Source: Candidatus Cloacimonadales bacterium (GTDB lineage: Bacteria; Cloacimonadota; Cloacimonadia; Cloacimonadales; JAIOQZ01). Taken from it: 64,000 nucleotides of DNA. The position numbers were made by a program, and so were the translations under genes. Below are positions 49,902 to 62,479 of the stretch, piece after piece. The notes under the pieces are model-generated. The model did not search any database. It worked only from the letters and a program-made list of their open reading frames with translations, and was not told the DNA's origin. The stretch is from contig CAXXTU010000002.1 of the NCBI GenBank assembly GCA_963662655.2, positions 2,784,001-2,848,000 on the forward strand, read 5' to 3'. Position 1 is the first letter of the stretch; each line of letters opens with the position of its first letter.

Positions 49902-52900
49902 CTATTTTTTGGTCCCGAGCGCTTCTTTCACCTGAATGGCGAGGGTGTGAATGGAGAAAGGTTTCTGCAGGAAGTTCGTTTCCTCGTCGAGGATTCCCTG
50001 TTGCGCGATGACGTTCGCCGTGTAGCCGGAGATATAAAGATATTTGAGATCGGGAAAGCGTTTCATGAGCTGTAAAGCCAGATCCCGTCCGTTCATTTCG
50101 GGCATGACGACATCTGTAATCAGCAGGTCGATCGTCCCGGGGTAGTTCTCGATGATCTGCATCGCTTCGATGGGATCCTGTGCCGTGAGAACATCGTATC
50201 CGAGTCGTTCGAGCATGGTTTTTCCCATTTTCAGGATGGCTGGTTCGTCGTCGACAAGCAGAACTTTCTCCGAGTTACCCGCTGGAGGAGCGCTGACGGG
50301 TACCTGCTCCGATACACCGGCAATGCCGTGATGAGCGGTCAGAAAGATATGAAAAGTAGTTCCCTTGCCGGGTTCGCTATAGACCCTTACATGCCCGTGA
50401 TTCTGCATGATGATTCCGTAAACGGTGGCAAGCCCGAGTCCTGTGCCTTCCCCAACATCCTTGGTCGTGAAGAACGGCTCGAAGATTTTCGCTTGAACGG
50501 TCTTGCTCATCCCCCTTCCGGTATCGCTGATGGAGAGGCGCACATATTCCCCCGCCTGGCATCCGCTGAACTGTTTGCAATACACTTCATCGAGTACCAG
50601 ATTGTCCGTCTCGATGGTGATGGTTCCGAATCCGTCGATTGCATCGCGAGCGTTAACGCATAAGTTTGCCAGGATTTGATCCAATTGCGCCGGATCGATT
50701 CGAACAGGGAAGATGTCCTTGCCGGGAATCCACTTCAGATCCATCCCTTCCCCGATCAACCTGCGCAGCATCCGTAGCATTCCTTCAACGGTGTGGTTCA
50801 GATCGAGAACCCTTGGTGCGGCCGTTTGCTTACGGGCGAAAGCGAGCAACTGCCGGGTAAGGTCCGCCGAATGCTCCGCAGCGTGCTGAATCTCCTTGAT
50901 GCTGTCGATCATGTCGGTATTCAGGCCTTCTTCGTCGAGCATCATCTCCGCATGCCCCAGTATCACAAGGAGCATGTTGTTGAAATCATGCGCGATACCG
51001 CCGGCGAGCCTGCCGATGCTCTCCATTTTTTGTGCCTGCATGAACTGGTTTTCGAGCTCGAGCTCGCGTGTTATATCACGCTTCACGGCCACAAAATTCG
51101 TGATGGCCCCTTGCTGATTTCTAACAGGTGAGATGTTTGCTTCTTCGGTGTAAAGGGAGCCATCCTTCTTCTTGTTAACAAAGCGTCCTTTCCAGGTTTC
51201 CCCTCTGAGGATGGTCTGCCATAGATTCCTGTAGAATTCTTGGCTCTGCTTGCCGCTGTTCAGGACTTTCGGGCTTCTTCCGATGGCTTCTTCGCGAGAG
51301 TACCCCGTAATCTTCTCAAAGGCCGGATTGACATATTCGATCACCCCCTGCTGGTTCGTGATGACAACCGTTTCCCCCGCCTGCTCGATTGCCGCAATCA
51401 GTCGCTCGCGCTCCGCTTGAGTCTGCTTCTCCTGCGTTACGTCACGGGCGATCCCGATGAACCTTATTGCCTTGCCATCCGTATCGTAAATCCAGTTACC
51501 CTTGGATGCATGCCACCTGTACGTACCGTCGGATCTAACAATGCGATACTCCACGCTCCGCGTCTTGTCTTCAGCGCTGCGAATATCGTGAAGGAATTGG
51601 TAGCAAGCTGGCATGTCGTCGGGATGAATAATCGATTCAATGGGCTTGCCGACAGCTTTTTCCGCGGAAATACCGACGAAATTTATCCAGTTGGGAGACA
51701 TGTAAGTAAAAACTCCTTCCGGATCAAGTGCGTAAACGATGTCGTTGGCGTTTTCCACAAATGACCGGAAGCGCTCTTCGCTCTTGCGCAGCTCTTCTTC
51801 CGCCAGGGTTTGTTCGGTGATATCCGTTGTGAGGATAACGACTCTTTCAACCTCGCCCTTCTCGTTTTTTATGCCTGAAAAATGCTGGCTCACATATTTC
51901 CGTCTTTTCGTTTTGGATCGTTTTCCTGTGGTGTGGATCACGGGGACATCGTAGGTGCCGCCCTCCGTGAAAACGCGTTTGACTTGAAGCTGGTGTTCTC
52001 CGAGATACTCGTCCCGCTCGTTGAAAAGTAGCTTCTCGCGAGGTGCGAGGTCCCTTGCCAAACGGTCGGGAGAAATCTCCCAAATATCGACCCACGCCTG
52101 GTTGTACAATAGCAACTGGCCATCGGCGGCGCGAACCGAAATCCCGACGGGCGAATTCTCGAGAACAGTATGTGCGAGGCTTTCGCTGTGGCGCAAGGCT
52201 TGTTCGGTTTCTTTCAGGGCGGTTATATCGTAATTCACGCCTGCCATTCTGTAGGGCTTGCCCGTTTCATCGGTGAGAACGATTGCCTTACCCGCAAGGT
52301 GATGAATCGATCCGTCAGGGTGCAGGATGCGGAACTCCAGGTCGAGCTCCTTTTCTCCACTCAAAGCCATTCCAACCTGCTTGTTTGCCCATGCAAGATC
52401 GTCCGGATGAACATATTGCTCCCAGGAGTCATAGTTACTGGCGAAATCCTCTCTCGTGATGCCGTAAAGCTTGAACATGCGATCATCCCAAATGAGATGA
52501 TTGTTGGCGAGATTCAAGTCCCAAACGCCAATCGTGGCGGCTTCGGCGGCAAGCTCGAATCGATCGTTAAGGCGGGAAATGGTTTCAGCGGCCTGTTTTT
52601 CGTCCGTTACATCCCGGATGATTGCGCCGATCCCCGATTTCTCATGCCCCAATCGTATGGGAAACTTTGTGGTCTCGAAAATTCGATAGCCGACATGCTC
52701 GATGGAAATGACTGGTTTACCGGAGAGAAGCGCTCTCTGGTCGGATTCAAGGCATTGCCGGGCTCCCTCCTCGCCCATGATATCGAAGTCTGTTTTCCCG
52801 ATGATCTGTTCTCGCTTCATTCCGAAGAATTCCAGTGTTGCCTCATTCACTACGAGATATTTCAGCTCGTTGTCCTTGATAAAAATCAGGTCTTTATGGG

Positions 52901-54191
52901 TATTGATGAATGATTGATACCGTTCTTCGCTCTCTTGCAACGCCAATTCGGTACGCTTGCGCTCGGTAATGTCCTCAAAAACGGTTACAAACTGATCCGG
53001 GGCAGGGCTGTAGGCGGTTACTGAGAAGTATTCGCCAAGCTCGCGTGAATAATTCTCGAACTGGATGGTCTTACCATTCCTGGCGACTTTTCCATAGGCA
53101 TCTATCAAGTAGGACTCTGTATCCGGCATTACTTCCAATACGGTTTTACCGACTACTTCGTCCGCTTTGAGGTGTGTCATTCTTTCAAATGCGGGGTTCA
53201 CGGCAAGGAAGCGGTAGTCAACCGGCTTGCCATTCTCATCGTATATCATCTCATGAAGAGCGAAGCCGTTCAACATTTGATTGAACAGGGCCGTGTATCT
53301 CTCTTCAGCTTTATGCCTTTCGGTGGTGTCTGTCGTAAAGCCCATGAAGCGATTGTTCGAGAGTCGCACGGCGGCAATTCTCCACCAGCGATGTTCTCCA
53401 TTCTTGTGAACAAACTTGAGCTCCCCATCCGCAAAGCCCGTTGTCTGCACACTTTGAAAATGTTCCAGCGCTTGGACTGCGTTATCTTCGGGAATGAGCT
53501 TGATGAGATTCATGCCAGTAAGTTCTAGCTCCGTATAACCTGTGATTTTGCATGCCGCTTTGTTTACCTGAATATAATTTCCCTTTTCATCAGATATAAA
53601 CACGCCGTGCGGAGCATGATCGAAATAGCTCCTGAGCTTCTCTTCGCTTTCCCGGAGCGCGGCTTCACTCTCTTGACGGCTCGTAATATCGCGAACGAAT
53701 CCAAGAAAATACTCGGGTTTTCCTTGATCGTCAAAGACTCCGTAACTCTGGACTTCAATTGGAAAAATGGAGCCATCTTTGCGTATGTATTCTTTCTCGT
53801 AGATTCCCGAGTATCCATCCTTGAAAAGCTTCTTTTCTCTGATCTCCTCATTCTCCCACGCTTTCCACTTCTCGGGTGTAAATGTATCGATATCGCCAAT
53901 CCGCAGAATTTCGGTCAGGGTATAGCCAAGCATGTCGCAGTACGCCCGATTGGCGTCGAGCACGATTCCGGACGGGTCCACAACGACAACGCCGTCGCGG
54001 GTTTCCATGAAAAAAGCATTGAGGTATGAAATCCGGTTCGCAACTTTATCTTTGGAAAAATGCAGATCCATGTGCTGGATTCGGTTTTCCAGATCCAGCA
54101 GACGCTGCTCGAGTTCTTCGCGAGATAATTTTGAAATACTCTCGGGAGTTAGTGTCTGATGCCCCTTATCTTTCTTCCTGATTTTCATCAA
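49902..54191 (-). CDS. Hybrid sensor histidine kinase / response regulator with many PAS/PAC domains
   Basis: About 7 PAS repeats; AGGIAHDFNN H-box, NARDA, FEPFFTTK, GTGLGL; receiver LLVDDE...TDVVMP...KP. Confidence 0.95.
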   Translation of the reverse strand: MMKIRKKDKGHQTLTPESISKLSREELEQRLLDLENRIQHMDLHFSKDKVANRISYLNAFFMETRDGVVVVDPSGIVLDANRAYCDMLGYTLTEILRIGDIDTFTPEKWKAWENEEIREKKLFKDGYSGIYEKEYIRKDGSIFPIEVQSYGVFDDQGKPEYFLGFVRDITSRQESEAALRESEEKLRSYFDHAPHGVFISDEKGNYIQVNKAACKITGYTELELTGMNLIKLIPEDNAVQALEHFQSVQTTGFADGELKFVHKNGEHRWWRIAAVRLSNNRFMGFTTDTTERHKAEERYTALFNQMLNGFALHEMIYDENGKPVDYRFLAVNPAFERMTHLKADEVVGKTVLEVMPDTESYLIDAYGKVARNGKTIQFENYSRELGEYFSVTAYSPAPDQFVTVFEDITERKRTELALQESEERYQSFINTHKDLIFIKDNELKYLVVNEATLEFFGMKREQIIGKTDFDIMGEEGARQCLESDQRALLSGKPVISIEHVGYRIFETTKFPIRLGHEKSGIGAIIRDVTDEKQAAETISRLNDRFELAAEAATIGVWDLNLANNHLIWDDRMFKLYGITREDFASNYDSWEQYVHPDDLAWANKQVGMALSGEKELDLEFRILHPDGSIHHLAGKAIVLTDETGKPYRMAGVNYDITALKETEQALRHSESLAHTVLENSPVGISVRAADGQLLLYNQAWVDIWEISPDRLARDLAPREKLLFNERDEYLGEHQLQVKRVFTEGGTYDVPVIHTTGKRSKTKRRKYVSQHFSGIKNEKGEVERVVILTTDITEQTLAEEELRKSEERFRSFVENANDIVYALDPEGVFTYMSPNWINFVGISAEKAVGKPIESIIHPDDMPACYQFLHDIRSAEDKTRSVEYRIVRSDGTYRWHASKGNWIYDTDGKAIRFIGIARDVTQEKQTQAERERLIAAIEQAGETVVITNQQGVIEYVNPAFEKITGYSREEAIGRSPKVLNSGKQSQEFYRNLWQTILRGETWKGRFVNKKKDGSLYTEEANISPVRNQQGAITNFVAVKRDITRELELENQFMQAQKMESIGRLAGGIAHDFNNMLLVILGHAEMMLDEEGLNTDMIDSIKEIQHAAEHSADLTRQLLAFARKQTAAPRVLDLNHTVEGMLRMLRRLIGEGMDLKWIPGKDIFPVRIDPAQLDQILANLCVNARDAIDGFGTITIETDNLVLDEVYCKQFSGCQAGEYVRLSISDTGRGMSKTVQAKIFEPFFTTKDVGEGTGLGLATVYGIIMQNHGHVRVYSEPGKGTTFHIFLTAHHGIAGVSEQVPVSAPPAGNSEKVLLVDDEPAILKMGKTMLERLGYDVLTAQDPIEAMQIIENYPGTIDLLITDVVMPEMNGRDLALQLMKRFPDLKYLYISGYTANVIAQQGILDEETNFLQKPFSIHTLAIQVKEALGTKK

Positions 54192-54449
54192 TAAGCGTCC
54201 TCAAAGCTTTTTGTATTATATATATGATACTCGTGATCGAATCTTTATGTCAATAAAATCGTTAACGATGCGGTATTTATAATATTATTTCATAATATCA
54301 TGTCTTGACGAAAATTCCATTCATAATAAAATTCCATTGACGCAGGATGTTATGGCTTATATGAGTTGATCGTTATATTTTTGTTTCGGATAAAGGTGAG
54401 CCGCTTCGGTTTGTCGGATGTCTGAAAATGCATATACGGAATTGGATGA

Positions 54450-56559
<2,110 letters not shown>

Positions 56560-56573
56560 AAAAGGACAAATCT

Positions 56574-57257
56574 ATGGCTGATCGCATAAAGAAAATAACG
56601 CGCAATTATCTCATGCACCCCGAGGGATCCGTTCTTATCGAAACCGGAGACACCAAGGTGATCTGCACTGCGACGGTAGTCGAAGGCGTTCCACCCTTTC
56701 TACGCAATAGCGGAAAGGGATGGGTTACCGCCGAATACGGGATGCTTCCGCGAAGTACTAATACAAGGAATACCCGTCCGGGTCCAACCCGAAACATGAA
56801 TGGCAGGGCTTCCGAGATCCAGCGACTGATCGGCCGCTCACTGCGTGCCGTGGTGGATTTCGAGAAGATGCCCGATTATACCATCCAGATCGATTGCGAC
56901 GTGATTCAGGCCGACGGCGGCACCCGTACGGCATCGATTACAGGTGCATGTGTTGCGATGCGTGATGCATTCCAATGGATGCTCGATAAAGGATTGATCG
57001 TCGAGAATCCCATGCAGGAAATGGTCGCCGCAATCAGCGTTGGCGTAGTCAACGGCGAGAATGTAGTCGATCTATGCTATGACGAGGATTCCAACGCGGA
57101 TGTGGACATGAATGTGGTTATGACCGAATCGGGAAGATTCATCGAGATTCAGGCTACCGGCGAGAAGGATACATTTTCGATCGAACAACATATCCAGCTT
57201 CTCGAACTTGCCGATGAAGGGATTCGCGAACTCATTGTGCTACAGAGAGAGGCGTAA
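56574..57257 (+). CDS. rph: Ribonuclease PH
   Basis: [46 protein letters not shown]. Confidence 0.95.
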   Translation: MADRIKKITRNYLMHPEGSVLIETGDTKVICTATVVEGVPPFLRNSGKGWVTAEYGMLPRSTNTRNTRPGPTRNMNGRASEIQRLIGRSLRAVVDFEKMPDYTIQIDCDVIQADGGTRTASITGACVAMRDAFQWMLDKGLIVENPMQEMVAAISVGVVNGENVVDLCYDEDSNADVDMNVVMTESGRFIEIQATGEKDTFSIEQHIQLLELADEGIRELIVLQREA

Positions 57258-57376
57258 ACAGGTTCGTTCGATCTGACGCGCAGGCGTAGTGTTATGCCCC
57301 TTTTCATTACGTTCGATAGCCTGAAGGGGCATTATATCTACGCTGGAGCGGCACGATCGGGCGAAGATGTCACGCC
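57251..57376 (-). repeat. Structured long-hairpin repeat, copy B
   Basis: Reverse complement reads GGCGTGACATCTTCGCCCGATC...CGTAG ATATA...CTATCGAACGTAA...AACA CTACG...GATCGAACGAACCTGTTTACGCC; overlaps the rph stop. Confidence 0.9.
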
Positions 57377-57390
57377 GGAAGGGGTAATAA

Positions 57391-58284
57391 TCAATGCAAT
57401 CTGCTTCTCTTGATCAGGTAATTCAGTAAATTCTGCTCGAAGGGCGTGTCGGTTGATATGGGATTGTACTCCACGTGATATTCGTGGCATTTCTGCTTGA
57501 GGTAATCGGTAACGCGATTGAATTCCTGTAGATAATCTTTGCGAATCTGCCAGGGGAATACGGTGATCTTTTCTCCGGTTTCCGAATCCACAAACTGCGT
57601 TTCCTTCTTGAAATCGAATTCCATCTCCTGCCTGTCGAGAATATGGAAGAGAATCACTTCGTGTTTCTGATGCTTGAAATGGCGCAATCCTTGAAGAATT
57701 CTGTCGGGATCATCCATAAAATCCGAGATGATGATGATGAGTCCCCGCTTCTTTATGCGTTCGGCGAGGCTGTGCAGAATCTCTACCGTATTGGTTCCAT
57801 TATCGGGACTGGTATCGATCAATTCTTTGAAAAGGATATCGAGGTAGCTTCGCATGGCTCGTGGTGGAACCATGCGATCGATTTTATCGGAGAAGGTCAG
57901 CAGTCCAACGGCGTCTTGTTGGGTTATCATCAGGTAAGCCAGGGCAGATGCAAGCGTACGCGCGTAATCGAGTTTGCTTGTTTTCCCGGAAGAATACCCC
58001 ATAGATTTGCTGCGATCCAGAATGATCCATGATTTAAGATTGGTTTCTTCCTCGTAACGCTTAATGTAATACCGCTCGGTCTTCGCGAATACCTTCCAGT
58101 CGATGTTGCGAATTGTGTCTCCGGGATTGTATTGGCGATGATCGGAGAACTCCACACTGAATCCATGGTAGGGCGACTTGTGCAACCCGATCATAAATCC
58201 TTCCACGATCTGCCTTGCACGGATGTTGAATCGATCAAGCCGGGCGATGATTTCGTCGGGAATAGGACGTGTTTGCTGTGCCAT
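57391..58284 (-). CDS. DUF58 (vWA-like, MoxR-associated) protein
   Basis: GLHKSPYHGFSVEFSDHRQYNPGD, IDWK, EEETN, DRSKSM, ISDF. Confidence 0.92.
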   Translation of the reverse strand: MAQQTRPIPDEIIARLDRFNIRARQIVEGFMIGLHKSPYHGFSVEFSDHRQYNPGDTIRNIDWKVFAKTERYYIKRYEEETNLKSWIILDRSKSMGYSSGKTSKLDYARTLASALAYLMITQQDAVGLLTFSDKIDRMVPPRAMRSYLDILFKELIDTSPDNGTNTVEILHSLAERIKKRGLIIIISDFMDDPDRILQGLRHFKHQKHEVILFHILDRQEMEFDFKKETQFVDSETGEKITVFPWQIRKDYLQEFNRVTDYLKQKCHEYHVEYNPISTDTPFEQNLLNYLIKRSRLH

Positions 58285-58378
58285 AGAATATCCTTCTCAC
58301 TTTCTGAATGGATGCTTGCAGAGGGGGGAGTTTTGTCAAGCAGACAAATCATTCAATATGTTTGATTGATTCGCGAAC

Positions 58379-58506
58379 GGCGTGGCATCTTCGCCCGATC
58401 GGCCCCTCTACGGGGATATACCACACCCTTGATAAATAAGTAAACAGATGAAGCAAGGCTGTGAAACACCCCGTAGAGGGGAGGATCGAACGAATCTGCT
58501 CGCGCC
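58379..58506 (+). repeat. Structured long-hairpin repeat, copy C
   Basis: GGCGTGGCATCTTCGCCCGATC GGCCCCTCTACGGGG ATATA...AAACA CCCCGTAGAGGGG..GATCGAACGAATCTGCTCGCGCC. Confidence 0.9.
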
Positions 58507-58582
58507 TCTGCAGCAATGTGGGGAAAAAACATAAATCGCTGGACAGGTGCATCATCGTAATCGATCCTTCGTTGGAGGAACA

Positions 58583-59470
58583 ATGGTGAGAATCGTTTTA
58601 ATCGCGTGTATCATTTTTGTGCAGACAACGCAGCTGATATGTTTCACGGGAAACAGCGCTGGAGAGCAGCGGAAATACGATCGTTGGAGGGAGCGGATGG
58701 GAATGGAGCCTGATAGCACGATAGATGGCGAGGTCGAGATCATCGAAGGGTTCGAAATCCCACAATTGGACCGGACTCGCACGCTGAGAATTTTTTTACC
58801 GGAAGAGTATCGCGATTCCGAAGAGCGTTATCCGGTGATTTACATGCACGATGGCCAGAATCTTTTCGACGACCGGACGTCATTCGTTGGTGAGTGGCAC
58901 GTAGATGAGGCGATCAATCGTTTTATCCGGCAGGACGACTGGGGTGGAGCAATCGTTGTCGGTATCGATAACGACGGGAAGCGAAGGCTGGATGAGTATT
59001 CTCCCTGGGTGAATCCGAAGCGTGGAGGCGGTGAAGGCGAGGCATACGTCGAGTTCCTCGTGAAAACGCTCAAACCGTGGATCGACAACAAGTATAGAAC
59101 GTTGCCCGATCGCGACAATACAGCGATTGCGGGAAGCTCCATGGGAGGATTGATCTCCCTGTACGCCGGACTGAAGTATCCGGAAGTCTATTCGAAGCTG
59201 GGGGTATTCTCGCCGGCCTTCTGGTTTGCGAAACGAGAACTGATAGATCTGATCAATCGAGCACGGATCGAGGATGATGTCCGAATCTATATGGATGCGG
59301 GAACGCTCGAGAGCCCATCCTATGTGCCGGATGCCAGGGAGATCGCAACGCTTCTCAGAAACAGGGGCGTAAAGAATCTCCTGCTTGTTGTCGATGATGG
59401 CGCTCGCCACAACGAGACAGCATGGTCGAGAAGATTCCCCGAGGCGATTCGGTGGTTGATGGTAGATTGA
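58583..59470 (+). CDS. Alpha/beta hydrolase (putative esterase)
   Basis: YPVIYMHDGQNLF, IVVGID, AGSSMGG, HNETAW; GGAGG RBS. Confidence 0.9.
   Translation: MVRIVLIACIIFVQTTQLICFTGNSAGEQRKYDRWRERMGMEPDSTIDGEVEIIEGFEIPQLDRTRTLRIFLPEEYRDSEERYPVIYMHDGQNLFDDRTSFVGEWHVDEAINRFIRQDDWGGAIVVGIDNDGKRRLDEYSPWVNPKRGGGEGEAYVEFLVKTLKPWIDNKYRTLPDRDNTAIAGSSMGGLISLYAGLKYPEVYSKLGVFSPAFWFAKRELIDLINRARIEDDVRIYMDAGTLESPSYVPDAREIATLLRNRGVKNLLLVVDDGARHNETAWSRRFPEAIRWLMVD
58640..58655. promoter_or_regulatory. parS-like site
   Basis: TGTTTCACGGGAAACA, 15/16 match to TGTTTCACGTGAAACA. Confidence 0.7.
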
Positions 59471-59637
59471 GAGACAGAAGATTTATTAGGGATACTTACT
59501 GCAAAAAGCATTGTCAGAGAGCAATTAATCAACTGATTCAATAATTTGAATGATAATATTGTTGCTGTAAAATTTTTAGCTTGACTAAGTGAAATAAATA
59601 GTTCTTTGTGTGGCGTATGGTCTATAGGGGGAGGTGT

Positions 59638-62286
59638 ATGCCTTTTATAGCAATGATCAGAGAGGTTCGAATATTTCTGAATGATCCCATAATTGCAGTT
59701 ATTATTGTTCCGTTTGTTGCTGCGATGAGTGTGATGCTTTATAATTATTTCAGGAGCAATCGAAACAGGAAACAACTAATCTACTCCGTTCTCAGTGATG
59801 GAAAGCACGGGAAATTAGAGTCCTATCAACAAACTTCTACAAACCTCCTCAATGCAAGATACGGAATTGTGCCTTTTGAGGGTGCACATGCCCATTTACA
59901 TAGAAAAGAATATAATATGCTTGAGGATTGGATGAAGTCAAGTGCTAAAGTATCTCTATTTGTATTATATGGGCCTGGAGGGATGGGTAAAACTAGATTA
60001 TTGATTAAAATGGTTGAGTACGCGAAATCAATTGGTTGGATTGCTGGATTTCTTCAAGACAAAGATCAATCTGAGATTATTGAGGGTTTCAAACAGCTAA
60101 GCAGAAAAACATTTATTGTTGTAGATTATGCAGCGAGTCATCCATATTTGGGGACACTGTTGGTGAAATTGCTGATGGATCATTATAATGGCAAGTTTCC
60201 ATTAAGAATTATGTTGTTAGAACGAAGAGCCGGATATTGGGTGGAAAGTCTGAAAAAGAAAATCAGTAATATGGACGTGGAGTTATATGGGGTGGAGAGA
60301 ATATCGGAAACTCTGCCAGACAATCATACACGAACAGAGCTGTTTGCTGAAGCACTAAATGCATTTCAAGTCTTTCGCAAGAAAGAGATATCTATGCTCC
60401 ATGCGCCTAAACTATACGATAAAATCTTTAGCAGGGTTCTTTACATCCATATGGCAGCTCTTGCCTCTCTCGATAATCATGAGGCAGAATCTGGTAAATT
60501 CTGGTCAAATGAGAAACTGATTACTGAAATTCTTAAACATGAAAGATCCGCTTGGTTGCATTACAATAAACGAGAGGGTGAGATAAATGAGGATAAGCTT
60601 GAACGTTTTGTGAGGCGTTGCGACAGGGTAATGACCATTGCAACACTAAGAAATGGTGTACTTCTTGATGATGTGAGTGAGAAATTTGGTCTGAATAAAT
60701 CGGAATATGAAGATGTCTTTGATTATTTGGGAAAAATTTACCCTTCCTTGAAAAGCTCGAAGCAACAAATAGAAATATCTCCTTTAGAGCCGGATGTCTT
60801 GGGAGAGTGGTTGGTATATGAATGCTTAGAGAAGGATCCAAAGTTACTTGAACTATCTATGCAAGGAGCAGGGAGGAAACACATAAATCATGCTATAAGA
60901 ATATTGTGCCATTTGATTGAGCTTGAAAAGCAAAAGCCTGTTGTTTGGTTAAAAGAATTCCTGGATCAAAATGTTGAAGAAAGATTTATGGAGGCATTTT
61001 ATGTGCTGCTAAATATTGGAAACTCGTTTATATGCCAGCAAGTAGCCGATACGATGTCAAAACTGATTAATGATCGGTTCACTGAAGATCAGCTGGAAGA
61101 GATGAAAGAAAAAATATCTTCCGAGCATTCATCGTGGTTTCTTTTTAAGAGCGCTATTCTTGAACAAATGGTTTCCTTGTATCCGAGTGCATCCGAGAAT
61201 AAAGTAGTACTGATAAGGCGCGCAAGTATCCTTATGCAGTTGGGTTATTTATATAGCAAGGCAGCACGGTTCAAGGAGGCTATTGGTGTATGGGTTGAAT
61301 GTGACGGCCTGCATAATTTTCTGATGAATGATGATGATGAGTACTTCTCATCGGAACATTTGACTGTATTGAATAATTTAAGTGTAGCGTACTCGAAAAT
61401 AGGAAATGATGAGAAATCACTTACTACGATTATTGATTATGTGATTTTATGCCGTAAGCAATGTAAGACCAAATCTAAGATGTTTAAACTGGATCTTGCT
61501 TTGGGATTGCAAAACCTCTGTAGTGATTATATAGGTCTAATGATATTCGATGCCGCACTGGAAGCAATCGATGAAGCAATTAGTATTAGAGAAGAATTTT
61601 ACTCAAGTGTCAATGGTTTGCATATTTCAGGCTCTGATGGACTTGATGAATTCCGGATTATTAGTGAGAGCCATGGGGATTTCCAAGAACAAATGGAATG
61701 TGTAGGCTATATGATCACCAATTTTGGAAGAGAATACATGGACAAAAATGCACAATTATTGGCTTTGGGCTATAGCTCAAAAAGGGATATTCTGGATAAA
61801 ATGTCACGCAAAGAAGAAGCTCTTGAAGTAGCAAAAAAATCTGTAGAGATTATGAAGAAACTTGTTGCGAAAGATGCTGATACCTATATGGACAGGTATG
61901 CTTCCTGCTTGAATGGTTTGGCTTTGTCATATCTCTCCTTAAAAGACTATAGCAGTGCCATTATTGCCTCATTAGAAGCACTTGGATTCATTAAAAAGGT
62001 ATTTCATATACGCAAAACGGTATATGTTGATAAATATGTCAATATATTGAAGACGCTTGGGATATGTTATTTACAAGCTAATCAAATTGCTGAGTGTGTA
62101 GAATTGATTGAAAAATCAATTAACGAACTCATACCCTTTATTGGAATGAATCCGCAAAATAATGGTCGCTTATTGCGAGAACTTACTGAATTTTATGAAG
62201 GTATTTTGGTTCAATGTGACATAGAGCCAGCCAGTAGGGGGGTTTACAATCAGGCAGTTTTAATCTTAGGCCAATCCAATCTATAA
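59638..62286 (+). CDS. AT-rich TM + P-loop NTPase (STAND-like) + TPR protein
   Basis: N-terminal hydrophobic helix, Walker A GPGGMGKT, Walker B FIVVDY, RIMLLER sensor-like strand, LEPDVLGE, C-terminal TPRs (LNNLS, LQNL, ASCLNGLA). GGAGG before ATG 59638. Confidence 0.8.
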   Translation: MPFIAMIREVRIFLNDPIIAVIIVPFVAAMSVMLYNYFRSNRNRKQLIYSVLSDGKHGKLESYQQTSTNLLNARYGIVPFEGAHAHLHRKEYNMLEDWMKSSAKVSLFVLYGPGGMGKTRLLIKMVEYAKSIGWIAGFLQDKDQSEIIEGFKQLSRKTFIVVDYAASHPYLGTLLVKLLMDHYNGKFPLRIMLLERRAGYWVESLKKKISNMDVELYGVERISETLPDNHTRTELFAEALNAFQVFRKKEISMLHAPKLYDKIFSRVLYIHMAALASLDNHEAESGKFWSNEKLITEILKHERSAWLHYNKREGEINEDKLERFVRRCDRVMTIATLRNGVLLDDVSEKFGLNKSEYEDVFDYLGKIYPSLKSSKQQIEISPLEPDVLGEWLVYECLEKDPKLLELSMQGAGRKHINHAIRILCHLIELEKQKPVVWLKEFLDQNVEERFMEAFYVLLNIGNSFICQQVADTMSKLINDRFTEDQLEEMKEKISSEHSSWFLFKSAILEQMVSLYPSASENKVVLIRRASILMQLGYLYSKAARFKEAIGVWVECDGLHNFLMNDDDEYFSSEHLTVLNNLSVAYSKIGNDEKSLTTIIDYVILCRKQCKTKSKMFKLDLALGLQNLCSDYIGLMIFDAALEAIDEAISIREEFYSSVNGLHISGSDGLDEFRIISESHGDFQEQMECVGYMITNFGREYMDKNAQLLALGYSSKRDILDKMSRKEEALEVAKKSVEIMKKLVAKDADTYMDRYASCLNGLALSYLSLKDYSSAIIASLEALGFIKKVFHIRKTVYVDKYVNILKTLGICYLQANQIAECVELIEKSINELIPFIGMNPQNNGRLLRELTEFYEGILVQCDIEPASRGVYNQAVLILGQSNL

Positions 62287-62319
62287 AAATCTATTCAATA
62301 AAGTAAAAGTCATTTGTGG

Positions 62320-62442
62320 CACAAGGCCATCTGGAACGGCGACGACGAAGGCGGCAAGCGAGTCTCTTCGGGTGTGTATTTGTACCGGCTGGAAACAACT
62401 GGCGACGAAAAGGTACGAAAAATGCTTATGTTAAAAAAATAA
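62320..62442 (+). pseudogene. Remnant C-terminus of a FlgD/T9SS-CTD secreted protein
   Basis: Translates HKAIWNGDDEGGKRVSSGVYLYRLETTGDEKVRKMLMLKK*; the N-terminal part of the gene is absent. Confidence 0.8.
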
Positions 62443-62479
62443 ACGAGTAAAACCTGAAAATCAACCCGAGGAGGTATTC

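Noticed and set aside
58379..58506. Hairpin ribozyme (the AAACA / ATATA loop recalls loop B)
   Set aside because: The full GUAUAUUAC strand and a conserved AGAA / N-GUC loop A are not present across copies. A cleavage assay would settle it.
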